DNA from: Chloroflexota bacterium
GTDB taxonomy: Bacteria > Chloroflexota > Anaerolineae > Promineifilales > Promineifilaceae
DNA length: 47,560 nt
Reading direction: 5' to 3'
Assembly: GCA_020631655.1 (NCBI GenBank)
Contig: JAHDGV010000004.1
Location: forward strand, 1-47,560
Shown here: piece by piece, positions 1 through 7,841 of the stretch
Numbering within the stretch: the first letter of the stretch is position 1
Layout: every line of letters begins with the position of its first letter
The notes under the pieces: model-generated
What the model was told of the DNA's origin: nothing
What the model saw: only the letters and a program-made list of their open reading frames with translations
Databases searched by the model: none
Position numbers and translations under genes: made by a program

Positions 1-361
1 AAATATTCCGGCCGATTTTTTGGCATCTAAAATCAGGATGAACACAGAACTCAGAACCGTAATAAAACTTCCCGGCCGGATCATGATTTTTAACGCACAG
101 CTCGCCTAAAACCTCACTTTCAGTTTCGGGCAAGTTTCGCCAGTCTAAATCGGTGAAGATGCCTGTTCCAAATCCCACAACCACTTCCCGCCTGCCGGCA
201 AGCAGCCCAACAATCGATCCTTCTGCAAAGATATCTGCCATTAGCTCTAAATCTTCAGGCACATACCTATCATCATCCGTCATATCAGGAAAACAGGAGT
301 TGATCAAATTGGCGACTGGCTCTGCCAAGTCGTAAGTTAAAGTGGTGTACCTGATTTCCAT
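1..361 (-). CDS. GNAT-like acetyltransferase-fold protein, paralog 3 of a tandem triplet (N-terminal ~120 codons only; the gene runs off the window start)
   Basis: My own reverse translation from the ATG at 361-359 gives MEIRYTTLTYDLAEPVANLINSCFPDMTDDDRYVPEDLELMADIFAEGSIV..VVGFGTGIFTDLDWRNLPETESE..YYGSEFCVHPDFRCQKIGR. This is colinear with the two upstream paralogs. It is absent from the ORF track because it is truncated by the window edge. Confidence 0.75.
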   Translation of the reverse strand, partial: MEIRYTTLTYDLAEPVANLINSCFPDMTDDDRYVPEDLELMADIFAEGSIVGLLAGRREVVVGFGTGIFTDLDWRNLPETESEVLGELCVKNHDPAGKFYYGSEFCVHPDFRCQKIGRNI

Positions 362-366
362 CGTCT

Positions 367-984
367 CTAGCCAGCATCTTCCGGGGTCCAAAGGATTAAT
401 GCGGCCCAATTGTCTGACCGTGGATAGGTGAAAAAATCTTTAATCGGCCGAATAATTTTAAAGCCGTTGCGCATCTGCATCGACAACGTAGGGTCAAACA
501 CCTCTCCAGCTTTCACCAAATCTAAGTAAGCATGCACGTCAGTGTTGTGTTTAAATTTTTCGTACCCGGGCAACACGGCCGCGGCCGCAAAGCCCACTTT
601 GCTATGCTTTACAACAACCGCTTTGCGCCGGTCATAAATCCCCCGGCCAATTCTTTGGCCACGGTAATCGGGATGCACACAAAAATCACTGCCATAGTAA
701 AAATCCCCCTGCGGATCATGCGCTGACTGTCCATCGATTTCGAGCAGTTCATTTTCAGTTAGGGGCAGATTATCAAAATCTAAATTCACAAAGATGCCAG
801 TTCCCATCCCCACCGGCCGATCCCCATCCAGCGCGATAATTGTCCCCTCAGGAAAAACCTCTGCCATCTCCTCTAAATCTTCTTCCCCATATTTATCGAT
901 GTCCGGCATGTCTGGAAAACAGATGTCCACTAGGTCAGCCACCGGTTTGCATAAGGCTTGATTGATTATGGTGTATGTAATCAT
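367..984 (-). CDS. GNAT-like acetyltransferase-fold protein, paralog 2
   Basis: Uses the ORF 367..1014. I chose the start at M11 (MITYTIINQALCKPVADLVDICFPDMP) by alignment with paralogs 1 and 3. That ATG (984-982) overlaps the TGA (983-981) of the upstream paralog as ATGA. The motif HPDYRGQRIGRGIYDRRK resembles GNAT motif A. The C-terminal block DPTLSMQMRNGF..RPIKDFFTYP.SDNW.ALILW is conserved. Confidence 0.75.
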   Translation of the reverse strand: MITYTIINQALCKPVADLVDICFPDMPDIDKYGEEDLEEMAEVFPEGTIIALDGDRPVGMGTGIFVNLDFDNLPLTENELLEIDGQSAHDPQGDFYYGSDFCVHPDYRGQRIGRGIYDRRKAVVVKHSKVGFAAAAVLPGYEKFKHNTDVHAYLDLVKAGEVFDPTLSMQMRNGFKIIRPIKDFFTYPRSDNWAALILWTPEDAG

Positions 985-1595
985 TCGGGTTTCCAGAGAA
1001 TCAAAGCACCCCAATTGTCTGATTTGGGGTAGGTAAAAAAGTCTTTAATCGGCCGCAACACGCTAAAGCCGTTCCGCATTTGCATAGACAGCGTGGGATC
1101 AAAAATCGTATATTCTCGAACCAATTGGATATAGGTATCGATATCCATTCGATGTTTTTCATTTTCGTAGCCGGGCAATACAGACACAGCCGCAAATCCA
1201 ACCTTCTGATGTTCTGTCACAATCTGTTTGCGCCGCTTATAAATCTGCCTGCCAATCCCCTTCATTCGGTACAGCGGATGAACACAAAACTCTGTGCCAA
1301 AGTAATATGAACCCTGCATATCATGTGCAAAGATATTGTCCGTATACAGCAGATCGTTTTCGGTAGGGGGCAAGTTGTCTAAATCCAAATCGAGAAAAAC
1401 GCCCGTACCAAATCCAACCGGCCGATCATCAACCTGTGCCACAACGCTCCCAGCCGGAAAATGATCAATCAGCTTTAACAGATCTTCCTCAAGATATTTA
1501 TCTTCGGGCGGCATGTCTGGAAAACAGGCGTCAACCAAATCCGCGACCGGCTGGCACAGCTCAGGAGATAATTTGGTATACGTGACATCTGACAT
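981..1595 (-). CDS. GNAT-like acetyltransferase-fold protein, paralog 1
   Basis: 204-aa ORF. It shares FPDMP, DRPVGFGTG, DNLP.TEN, FCVHP.YR..GIGR and DPTLSMQMRNGF..RPIKDFFTYPKSDNWGALILW with paralog 2. By eye roughly half to two-thirds of aligned positions are identical. Confidence 0.75.
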   Translation of the reverse strand: MSDVTYTKLSPELCQPVADLVDACFPDMPPEDKYLEEDLLKLIDHFPAGSVVAQVDDRPVGFGTGVFLDLDLDNLPPTENDLLYTDNIFAHDMQGSYYFGTEFCVHPLYRMKGIGRQIYKRRKQIVTEHQKVGFAAVSVLPGYENEKHRMDIDTYIQLVREYTIFDPTLSMQMRNGFSVLRPIKDFFTYPKSDNWGALILWKPE

Positions 1596-1622
1596 AAAGT
1601 TGAGCGTTTTTTGCCCAAAACA

Positions 1623-2468
1623 CTACTTGTTTTCGACTAATTTCCCATACGCATCCGGCCGACGTTGATTCAGCAACGGGAACAAATAGCGCCACTGTTC
1701 AAACAATTTTGAATCGAGTTCAGCAACCAAAACTTCTGTGGTATCGCGTCCCGCTTGGGCGATAATGTTGCCCATCGGATCACAGATAAAGCTACTGCCA
1801 TAAAACTCAACCCCTTCTTGACCGGTACGGTTGGCGGCCGCAATGTACACCCCATTAGCGATGGCTTGCCCGCGCATCACCGTTTGCCATGCTTCGGCCG
1901 TGTCTAATTCCGGGGCTTCTGGCTCAGATCCAATCGCGGTAGGGTAAAAGATAAATTCTGCACCATTTAGCGCACAAATTCGAGACATTTCAGGGAACCA
2001 TTGGTCATAGCAAGTTGGAATTGCCGTCTTTAATCCGGCCAAATCATGGATCGGATACTCGTTGTTGCCATTAAAATAGTAATCTTCGTAGTATCCAGCC
2101 CCCTGCGGAATATGAACTTTGCGGGTAAAGCCAATCAGATTGCCATCTGGGCCGCTTACAGTTGCCGTATCCCAATAATTGCCTTCGTCATCTTTTTCAT
2201 AGATGGAACCGATCAAGATAACTTTGTTTTCTTGTGCCAGCCGATTAAACACAGTCACACTTTCCCCGTCGTGCAACGATTCAGCCCGCTCAAAATTGAC
2301 ATCGTCTTTCACGCTGGCAAAGTAAGGGCACAGGGTAAATTCTTGCAGGCAGACAATCTGGGCACCTTTTTCGGCCGCGTCAGCCACCAATCCCTCAAGC
2401 TTTTTAATCATATCCGGCCGATTTCCGGCCCAATCTGTTTGGATAATTCCGATCTTTGTATTTTCCAT
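1623..2468 (-). CDS. aguB: Carbon-nitrogen hydrolase (nitrilase superfamily), resembling N-carbamoylputrescine amidase
   Basis: 281 aa. The Glu-Lys-Cys triad context is present: CLQEF, FTRKVHIP and IPTCYDQWFPE. The last closely resembles the CWDQWFPE block of N-carbamoylputrescine amidases. The actual substrate is not provable from sequence. Confidence 0.6.
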   Translation of the reverse strand: MENTKIGIIQTDWAGNRPDMIKKLEGLVADAAEKGAQIVCLQEFTLCPYFASVKDDVNFERAESLHDGESVTVFNRLAQENKVILIGSIYEKDDEGNYWDTATVSGPDGNLIGFTRKVHIPQGAGYYEDYYFNGNNEYPIHDLAGLKTAIPTCYDQWFPEMSRICALNGAEFIFYPTAIGSEPEAPELDTAEAWQTVMRGQAIANGVYIAAANRTGQEGVEFYGSSFICDPMGNIIAQAGRDTTEVLVAELDSKLFEQWRYLFPLLNQRRPDAYGKLVENK

Positions 2469-2482
2469 AAATTGCCCCGTAG

Positions 2483-2523
2483 GGGCGTAGCGCGCTACGC
2501 CCAGGGTCCAGCGCGCTGGACCC
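2483..2523. repeat. Twin perfect 20-nt GC-rich palindromes filling the junction between two genes
   Basis: GGGCGTAGCGCGCTACGCCC (2483-2502) and GGGTCCAGCGCGCTGGACCC (2504-2523) both have the form GGG-NNN-AGCGCGCT-NNN-CCC. They are bracketed by GTAGGGG (2479-2485) and CCCCTAC (2521-2527). The second palindrome abuts the stop codon of the agmatinase-like gene. Confidence 0.9.
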
Positions 2524-3444
2524 CTACATTAAATTTTTCCCCATGACCGACATCAATTCAAATGCGAGATTCGCACCCAAAATCGCGGTGATCGCTCCGT
2601 GGTCGTAATGTGGGTTAACCTCAACCAAATCAGCTCCAATCACGTTTAATCCAGCCAAGCCGCGCACCATGTGTAGCATTTGGAAGCTGGTAAAACCGCC
2701 CACTTCGGGCGTGCCAGTGCCGGGGGCATATGCCGGATCAATCGAGTCGATGTCAAGCGTGACATACACCGGCCGGTCACCTACTTTTTGGCGGATGTGA
2801 TCCACAATGGCGCTGGTCCCCATCTCAAAGCATTTTTCAATCGTCAGTACATCAGCCCCTAAATCTTCAGCCTCTTTAAGTTCACCTTCGTTTGATTGCG
2901 GACCACGAATGCCAACCTGCACATACGCACTTGTATCCACAAAGCCATCCCGTATCGCCAGATGAAACGGAGTCCCATGCTCCAGCTGTGGGATCACCTG
3001 ATAGCAGTCGGTATGTGAATCAAAGTGGACGAGGGCTACCGGCCCAAATTTTTCGGCATGAGCGCGCAAAAGCGGATAGGTAATCGAGTGATCCCCTCCC
3101 AGCGACATCACACGTACATCTTGCTTTAAAAGCTCCAAAACCCCGGCCGTGATCGCATCGGCCGACCGATCGATATTTGTAGGATCGCACTCAATATCAC
3201 CATAATCGATAAAGTTCACATCTTTGGTGGGCCAAATGCCGACATGCCGGTTATACCCCCACAGTTGCTTTGAGTTTTCGCGGATGCTACCGGGCCCATG
3301 CCGCGTGCCACTGCGCCAGCTGACCGCGCCGCTATCAAAGGGAATACCCACCACGGCCATATCTACATCGGTTAAATCACGCGTATGCTTGGCATGCATG
3401 AACGTGGAAATGCCCATGTATGCGGGGATAAATTCTTCTGTCAT
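2524..3444 (-). CDS. speB: Ureohydrolase of the arginase family (agmatinase / guanidino-acid hydrolase type)
   Basis: 306 aa with the arginase-family Mn-binding motifs HFDSHTD, GGDHSITYPLL and LDIDSIDPAYAPGTG. Agmatinase cannot be distinguished from guanidinobutyrase or guanidinopropionase by eye. Confidence 0.8.
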   Translation of the reverse strand: MTEEFIPAYMGISTFMHAKHTRDLTDVDMAVVGIPFDSGAVSWRSGTRHGPGSIRENSKQLWGYNRHVGIWPTKDVNFIDYGDIECDPTNIDRSADAITAGVLELLKQDVRVMSLGGDHSITYPLLRAHAEKFGPVALVHFDSHTDCYQVIPQLEHGTPFHLAIRDGFVDTSAYVQVGIRGPQSNEGELKEAEDLGADVLTIEKCFEMGTSAIVDHIRQKVGDRPVYVTLDIDSIDPAYAPGTGTPEVGGFTSFQMLHMVRGLAGLNVIGADLVEVNPHYDHGAITAILGANLAFELMSVMGKNLM

Positions 3445-3456
3445 GAAATGTCTCTC

Positions 3457-3529
3457 GTAGGGGTCGAAGGGTCCGGAACCAAATTGGCTACGAAGAAATT
3501 AACTATTTCCCGGACCCTTCGACCCCTAC
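3457..3529. repeat. Long inverted repeat with perfect 20-bp arms and a 33-nt loop, in a gene junction
   Basis: GTAGGGGTCGAAGGGTCCGG (3457-3476) is the exact reverse complement of CCGGACCCTTCGACCCCTAC (3510-3529). It has the same GTAGGGG/CCCCTAC termini as the 2479-2527 element. Confidence 0.9.
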
Positions 3530-3532
3530 ACC

Positions 3533-5122
3533 TTAGGCGGCCGCTTTTTCTCGATCACGCAAAATCTGCATCGAGGCGAGCTTGCCAGGTGCGCCGATCA
3601 CACAGCCACCAGGATGGGTCCCTGAGCCGCACTGGTAATACCCTTTGATCGGGGTGCGATATTGGTTCCAGCCAGGTGCAGGACGGCTGAAAAACAGCTG
3701 ATCTGCGAACAGTTCCCCATGGAAAATATTCCCTTCAGCAATGCCCACAATCCGCTCAATATCAAGCGGGGTCACCACTTCACGGTGTTCAACCAGATCA
3801 TTAAATCCAGGGAAGAACGAGTTGAGCGTCTCTTGAACCGCGTCTCCCAAATTGTCCCGTTCCGTGTCCCAATCGCTATCTTTTAGATGATAAGGGGCCC
3901 ACATCACAAAGTTAGACATGATGTGTTTGCCCGGCGGGGTCATGTCAGGATCAATGGTTGATTGAATACAGCCATCGATAAACGGCCGACGGCTAAAACG
4001 TCCTTCCTGTGCATCGGCAAACGCCTCTTCAAGGTAATCAAACGTTGGACCCACATTCAAAAAGCCACGGAATATTTCGGAAGAATATTCGTGGTTTGGA
4101 TGTTTGGGCACGTCACTCAGCACAAAGTTCACTTTGGCCGCTGATCCTTGGAATTTAAAGTCTTCGATGTGTTTGACCAGATCTTCTGGCAGTTCGGCCG
4201 GATCGACCAAGCGCAAAAATGTATTGCGTGGGTCAAGGGCCGACACAACAATATCTGCGTAGATTTCTTCACCGCTTGAGAGCTTCACACCAATGGCAGC
4301 ACCATCTTTGCGCAATACCTCATCCACACCGGCGTCACACAGTATGGTGCCACCAAACGCCTCAAACGCGCGGCCGAGACATTGGGTAAAACCACCGTTC
4401 CCCCCTTTGTGGAAACCCCATTCGCCAAAGATGCCGTCATACTCACCCATTTTGTGGAAGAGCCAAACCATCCCGCTTTCTTTTGAGCGGGGGCCGCACA
4501 TGCTACCGATAATGGCACTTGAAGCCAGCATTCCTTTGACAAGATCGTTTTCAAAATACTCGTCTAACACCTCGGCGATGCTACTGGTCCACAGTTTTTG
4601 CACCATGTCCTGCACATCGGGCGGCATCCCTTCCATAATGGCGTGGAATTCAGCCATCCGCTCAAGTTCTTCTGGCTCTTGGCTTTGGGGATTGGGCGGG
4701 ATCATATCAACCAGCGGTTTTAGGGCGTGGCAAACCCGATCCATGATGTGGCCAAAGTCGTGCATCGCTTCCGCATCTTCCAAAGATAGCTTGGCAATCT
4801 CGTGATAATTTTCGTAGCTGTCAGCACCCAATTTCAAGAATCGGCCGTCTTCAGCCGGATGGAAGTGGTTGGGCATCGGCAAGGTCATCATGCCGTGTTC
4901 CGGCAGATTCAGCTCTTGACAAATGTCCGGCCGGATCAGGCTCAACGCGTACGAGAAGGTCGTAAATTTATAGCCGGGCAACAGCTCTTCGGTAACAGCG
5001 GCACCACCGACATACGGCCGTCGCTCAAGGACTAGCGTGTTGAGTCCCGCTTTGGCCAAATAACCAGCGTTCACAAGTCCGTTGTGTCCGCCTCCGATTA
5101 CGATTGCATCATATTTTTTCAT
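3533..5122 (-). CDS. FAD/NAD(P)-dependent oxidoreductase, phytoene-desaturase (CrtI)/amine-oxidase-like fold
   Basis: 529 aa. The N-terminal dinucleotide-binding motif is KKYDAIVIGGGHNGLVNAGYLAKAGLNTLVLERRPYVGGAA. The C-terminal block GSGTHPGGCVIGAPG is typical of CrtI-like flavoproteins. Confidence 0.75.
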   Translation of the reverse strand: MKKYDAIVIGGGHNGLVNAGYLAKAGLNTLVLERRPYVGGAAVTEELLPGYKFTTFSYALSLIRPDICQELNLPEHGMMTLPMPNHFHPAEDGRFLKLGADSYENYHEIAKLSLEDAEAMHDFGHIMDRVCHALKPLVDMIPPNPQSQEPEELERMAEFHAIMEGMPPDVQDMVQKLWTSSIAEVLDEYFENDLVKGMLASSAIIGSMCGPRSKESGMVWLFHKMGEYDGIFGEWGFHKGGNGGFTQCLGRAFEAFGGTILCDAGVDEVLRKDGAAIGVKLSSGEEIYADIVVSALDPRNTFLRLVDPAELPEDLVKHIEDFKFQGSAAKVNFVLSDVPKHPNHEYSSEIFRGFLNVGPTFDYLEEAFADAQEGRFSRRPFIDGCIQSTIDPDMTPPGKHIMSNFVMWAPYHLKDSDWDTERDNLGDAVQETLNSFFPGFNDLVEHREVVTPLDIERIVGIAEGNIFHGELFADQLFFSRPAPGWNQYRTPIKGYYQCGSGTHPGGCVIGAPGKLASMQILRDREKAAA

Positions 5123-5267
5123 TTGAACTCTCAGTCCATTAACTATTCAGAATTAATTGTTCTTTATTAATTATTTTCGGCCGAGCGTTAAGCCAAAATC
5201 AAATCACTCGCCAAGCCCCGCTTGAAATAATTAATAAGGAATAATCAACAAAAAATAATTAACGGGT

Positions 5268-6488
5268 CTATTCTCTAGCCGTCTTCCGCGCCGGATTAAA
5301 GAACGGCAATTCAGCCACACGAGCTTTTACATTCACGCTTCGGCGAATAATACTCAACTCTAAATCTACTTCTGTCCCGGGTTCACACAGTTCAAGCGGC
5401 AGTTTTGCGATAGCGATGTGACTGCGCAACAGAGACGAGTACATCATACAGGTCGCATATCCACCGTATTCCCACGGGGTGTCGCTAATCTTGTAGATGT
5501 TCATCGTCCCTTCGTTAAACACCCCCTCAAGCGGAGGCATAATGCCCGCCTCACGATGTTTTTCTTGATAATCGTACCAATCGATAATGAGACCAACCGT
5601 GTTGTGGCGGCTGGTCCTGTTGGCGATTTCAGCCTCGATCGCTTCCCGGCCGATGAAAGCCCGATCATCTTTTGCCAGATTCTTGAACATCCAGCCCCAG
5701 CCCAGCTCATGCGCCGTGTCCTGTTGTGCGTCGGTCCATGCATAGCGAGACGAGTAGAAGTCAACATCAAGCAAAAGCAAGCCAGCCTCGATGCGAGCCA
5801 TTTTCAGGGCGTGTAACCCCATGGGGGTGATGTTGTAGCCGCTTCCGGCCGACATTAGTGCATCCCACACCGCCACACAGCTGTCTTTTGGAACCCAAAG
5901 TTCATAACCAAGATCCCCCGTGTAGCCGGTGCGCGAAATCACCACAGAGTGGCCGTCTAGTTTGGTGTGTGCCAACCGGAAAAAGCCAACACCGTTTAGA
6001 TCGCTGGTTAGCTCTTGTAAAATTTCGAGTGATTTTGGACCCTGCAACGCCAAAATACCATAGTCGGTTGTAATGTCATCAATTTGAACATCAAACCCTT
6101 TTTTGCGGGCGATTTGTCTAAAGTAGCGCAGGTTAGGCTCGGCCGCGGTGAGCCAATATTCTCCCACGCTCACATGCATAATAACCCCATCTTCAACCAC
6201 ATAACCGGCATCATCACACCAAACGGTGTACTGTGCTCGGCCGGGTTTGCACTTGCGGATATCCCGTGCCATGGCATGCATTAAGAATGCTTCGGCATCG
6301 GGTCCGCTAAATTTATATTTAAACAGGGGAGATGTATCTAACAATCCGGCCGAATTACGCACCGAATAGTATTCTGAAATTTCAGAGTGTTGATATTGAG
6401 GAGCCACTAAATAGCCGGCCCAGTTCTCCCAGATCTGGGGGTGATTGAGCGGTCCTGTCCGCGGGTGAAAAGGTGTTGTTTTGGGCAT
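5268..6488 (-). CDS. Aminomethyltransferase-family (GcvT-like, folate-binding) protein
   Basis: 406 aa. GLLDTSPLFKYKFSGPDAEAFL, GILALQGPKS, ISRTGYTGDLGYELW and ARIEAGLLL are the hallmark GcvT-fold blocks. Confidence 0.75.
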   Translation of the reverse strand: MPKTTPFHPRTGPLNHPQIWENWAGYLVAPQYQHSEISEYYSVRNSAGLLDTSPLFKYKFSGPDAEAFLMHAMARDIRKCKPGRAQYTVWCDDAGYVVEDGVIMHVSVGEYWLTAAEPNLRYFRQIARKKGFDVQIDDITTDYGILALQGPKSLEILQELTSDLNGVGFFRLAHTKLDGHSVVISRTGYTGDLGYELWVPKDSCVAVWDALMSAGSGYNITPMGLHALKMARIEAGLLLLDVDFYSSRYAWTDAQQDTAHELGWGWMFKNLAKDDRAFIGREAIEAEIANRTSRHNTVGLIIDWYDYQEKHREAGIMPPLEGVFNEGTMNIYKISDTPWEYGGYATCMMYSSLLRSHIAIAKLPLELCEPGTEVDLELSIIRRSVNVKARVAELPFFNPARKTARE

Positions 6489-6566
6489 TAGAGAAAAGAG
6501 TAGAGAGAAAAGAGTAGAGAGGAAAACACAAGTCTCTCCTCTCTATCTCTCATCTCTTGTCTTACA
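6489..6566. repeat. Polypurine/polypyrimidine mirror element containing a 14-nt tandem repeat
   Basis: GAGAAAAGAGTAGA occurs twice in tandem (6491-6504 and 6505-6518). It is followed by a CT-only tract (6533-6560) that is largely complementary to the purine tract. The element occupies the whole potD/gcvT-like junction. Confidence 0.85.
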
Positions 6567-7709
6567 TTAGTTGCCAGCTTTAACAGCGGTCCAGAGCTCG
6601 TCGTATGCTTGAGCACCTTCGTCGCTAGCTTCGGTTAACCAGTAAAGTTTTTCTTGAACATCAGCTGGTGGATAGATCGATGGATCTTCCAAAATTTCCG
6701 GCAAGATAAATTCTTCGGCCGCTTTATTAGGGCTACCGTAGTACACGTAGTTGGTGATTGCCGCACCGTTCTCAGCGTCGAGCAAGAAGTTCATGAAATG
6801 AACGGCCGTGTCATAACGCTCGCTGGTTGCCGTGATACAGATGTTATCCAACCATTTAACCGCACCCTCTTCAGGGATTGAGTAGTACCAGTTGCCATCT
6901 TCAGCTTCGTCATCATAGGTTTCGTAGTATGCCTGGGCAACACCACCGCTCCAGCCGTGGCTCAAAACCACTTCATCTGGCACCAACAGGGTAGATGGGT
7001 AGTCTTCACTGTTAAACGTTTTCCAGAACGGTTTAGCCGCCAACATGACTTCAAGCATCTGATCCATTTCGGCCGGATCAGTTGTATTAGCATCAAAGCC
7101 CAAGTAAATCGCGGCCGCCGCTGAGAGCTCACGTGGGTCGTTCAAAACGTTTACGCCACCATCAGCGAACTCAGCCAAATATTCTGGATCAAACAGGTAT
7201 TTCCAGCTGGTTGGTTCGTTGGCTTCAAAATATTCGTTGCCCGCACGGTAACCAATTCCGGTTGTACCCCATTGGTAAGGCACGCAGTGTTTGTTGTCTG
7301 GGTCAAACGGCGCATTCATAAACTGCGGGTCCATGTTGCCGATGTTTGACATCGTGCTGACATCGATTTCAGCCAGCAAGCCCTGATCGATCATGATCGA
7401 AACCATGTAGTCAGATGGGAAGATGACATCATAGCCCTCTGCACCTGCATTGAGTTTTGCCAGCAGGTCTTCGTTAGACGCGTAGGTGTCATAAATAATT
7501 TTGACCCCGTGCTCTTCTTCGTATTGTGTGAGCAATTCTTCGTCGATGTAATCGGCCCAGTTATAAACACTGAGTTCGGCCGCGAGCTCCCCATCACCGC
7601 CACCAGCACCAGCTTCTGGCCCACCACCGGGGCCGCCGGGTCCGCCACCACATGCTGCTAAAGCAAAAGCGGCGATCAATGTTGTGAACAAGATAAACTT
7701 TTTCAACAT
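6567..7709 (-). CDS. potD: Spermidine/putrescine-type ABC substrate-binding lipoprotein (PotD/PotF family)
   Basis: The start is moved to M43 of the ORF (MLKKFILFTTLIAAFALAACGG). This gives a lipoprotein signal with a lipobox, preceded by AGGAG at 7718-7722. A Gly-rich tether follows, then PotD-like blocks (VYNWADYI, IFPSDYM, VPYQWGTTGI). Confidence 0.8.
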   Translation of the reverse strand: MLKKFILFTTLIAAFALAACGGGPGGPGGGPEAGAGGGDGELAAELSVYNWADYIDEELLTQYEEEHGVKIIYDTYASNEDLLAKLNAGAEGYDVIFPSDYMVSIMIDQGLLAEIDVSTMSNIGNMDPQFMNAPFDPDNKHCVPYQWGTTGIGYRAGNEYFEANEPTSWKYLFDPEYLAEFADGGVNVLNDPRELSAAAAIYLGFDANTTDPAEMDQMLEVMLAAKPFWKTFNSEDYPSTLLVPDEVVLSHGWSGGVAQAYYETYDDEAEDGNWYYSIPEEGAVKWLDNICITATSERYDTAVHFMNFLLDAENGAAITNYVYYGSPNKAAEEFILPEILEDPSIYPPADVQEKLYWLTEASDEGAQAYDELWTAVKAGN

Positions 7710-7841
7710 GATTCTTCTCCTTTGAATATTGTCGATATAAAAAACGTGTTGCGTGGTACGTAGCAGTTGATTCGATCCCAACCAATACGCAATACGCATC
7801 ACGGTTTTAACATTTTTAATTGGGCTATTACCCAATCATGA

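Noticed and set aside
153-335. 60-aa plus-strand ORF from the ORF track
   Set aside because: It lies entirely antisense to the clearly homologous third GNAT-like paralog (minus strand, 1-361). It is low-complexity and has no start context, so I treat it as a shadow ORF.
2046-2546. 166-aa plus-strand ORF
   Set aside because: It is antisense to the CN-hydrolase gene. Its C-terminus simply reads through the twin GC palindromes (..GVARYAQGPARWTPT..). This is a shadow ORF created by composition.
1623-3444. Reading the agmatinase-like and N-carbamoylputrescine-amidase-like pair as a complete agmatine-to-putrescine pathway
   Set aside because: The two enzymes belong to alternative routes, and agmatine deiminase is not present in the window. 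The pair is therefore reported as an anomaly rather than annotated as a standard pathway.
4293-4805. 170-aa plus-strand ORF (and the 89-aa minus-strand ORF at 4285-4554)
   Set aside because: Both are embedded in the 529-aa flavoprotein gene, whose motifs are unambiguous. The ORF sequences are Ser/Pro-rich and low in complexity.
7710-7835. N-terminal extensions implied by the longest ORFs. These are PotD to 7835, PotC to 8744, paralog 2 to 1014, nnr from 22669, IDO from 25652 and amidase from 45857.
   Set aside because: Internal starts give a proper signal peptide with an RBS (PotD), start/stop coupling (PotC, paralog 2), avoidance of a terminator hairpin (nnr), or agreement with family N-termini (IDO, amidase). 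The extensions would also overlap neighbouring genes.
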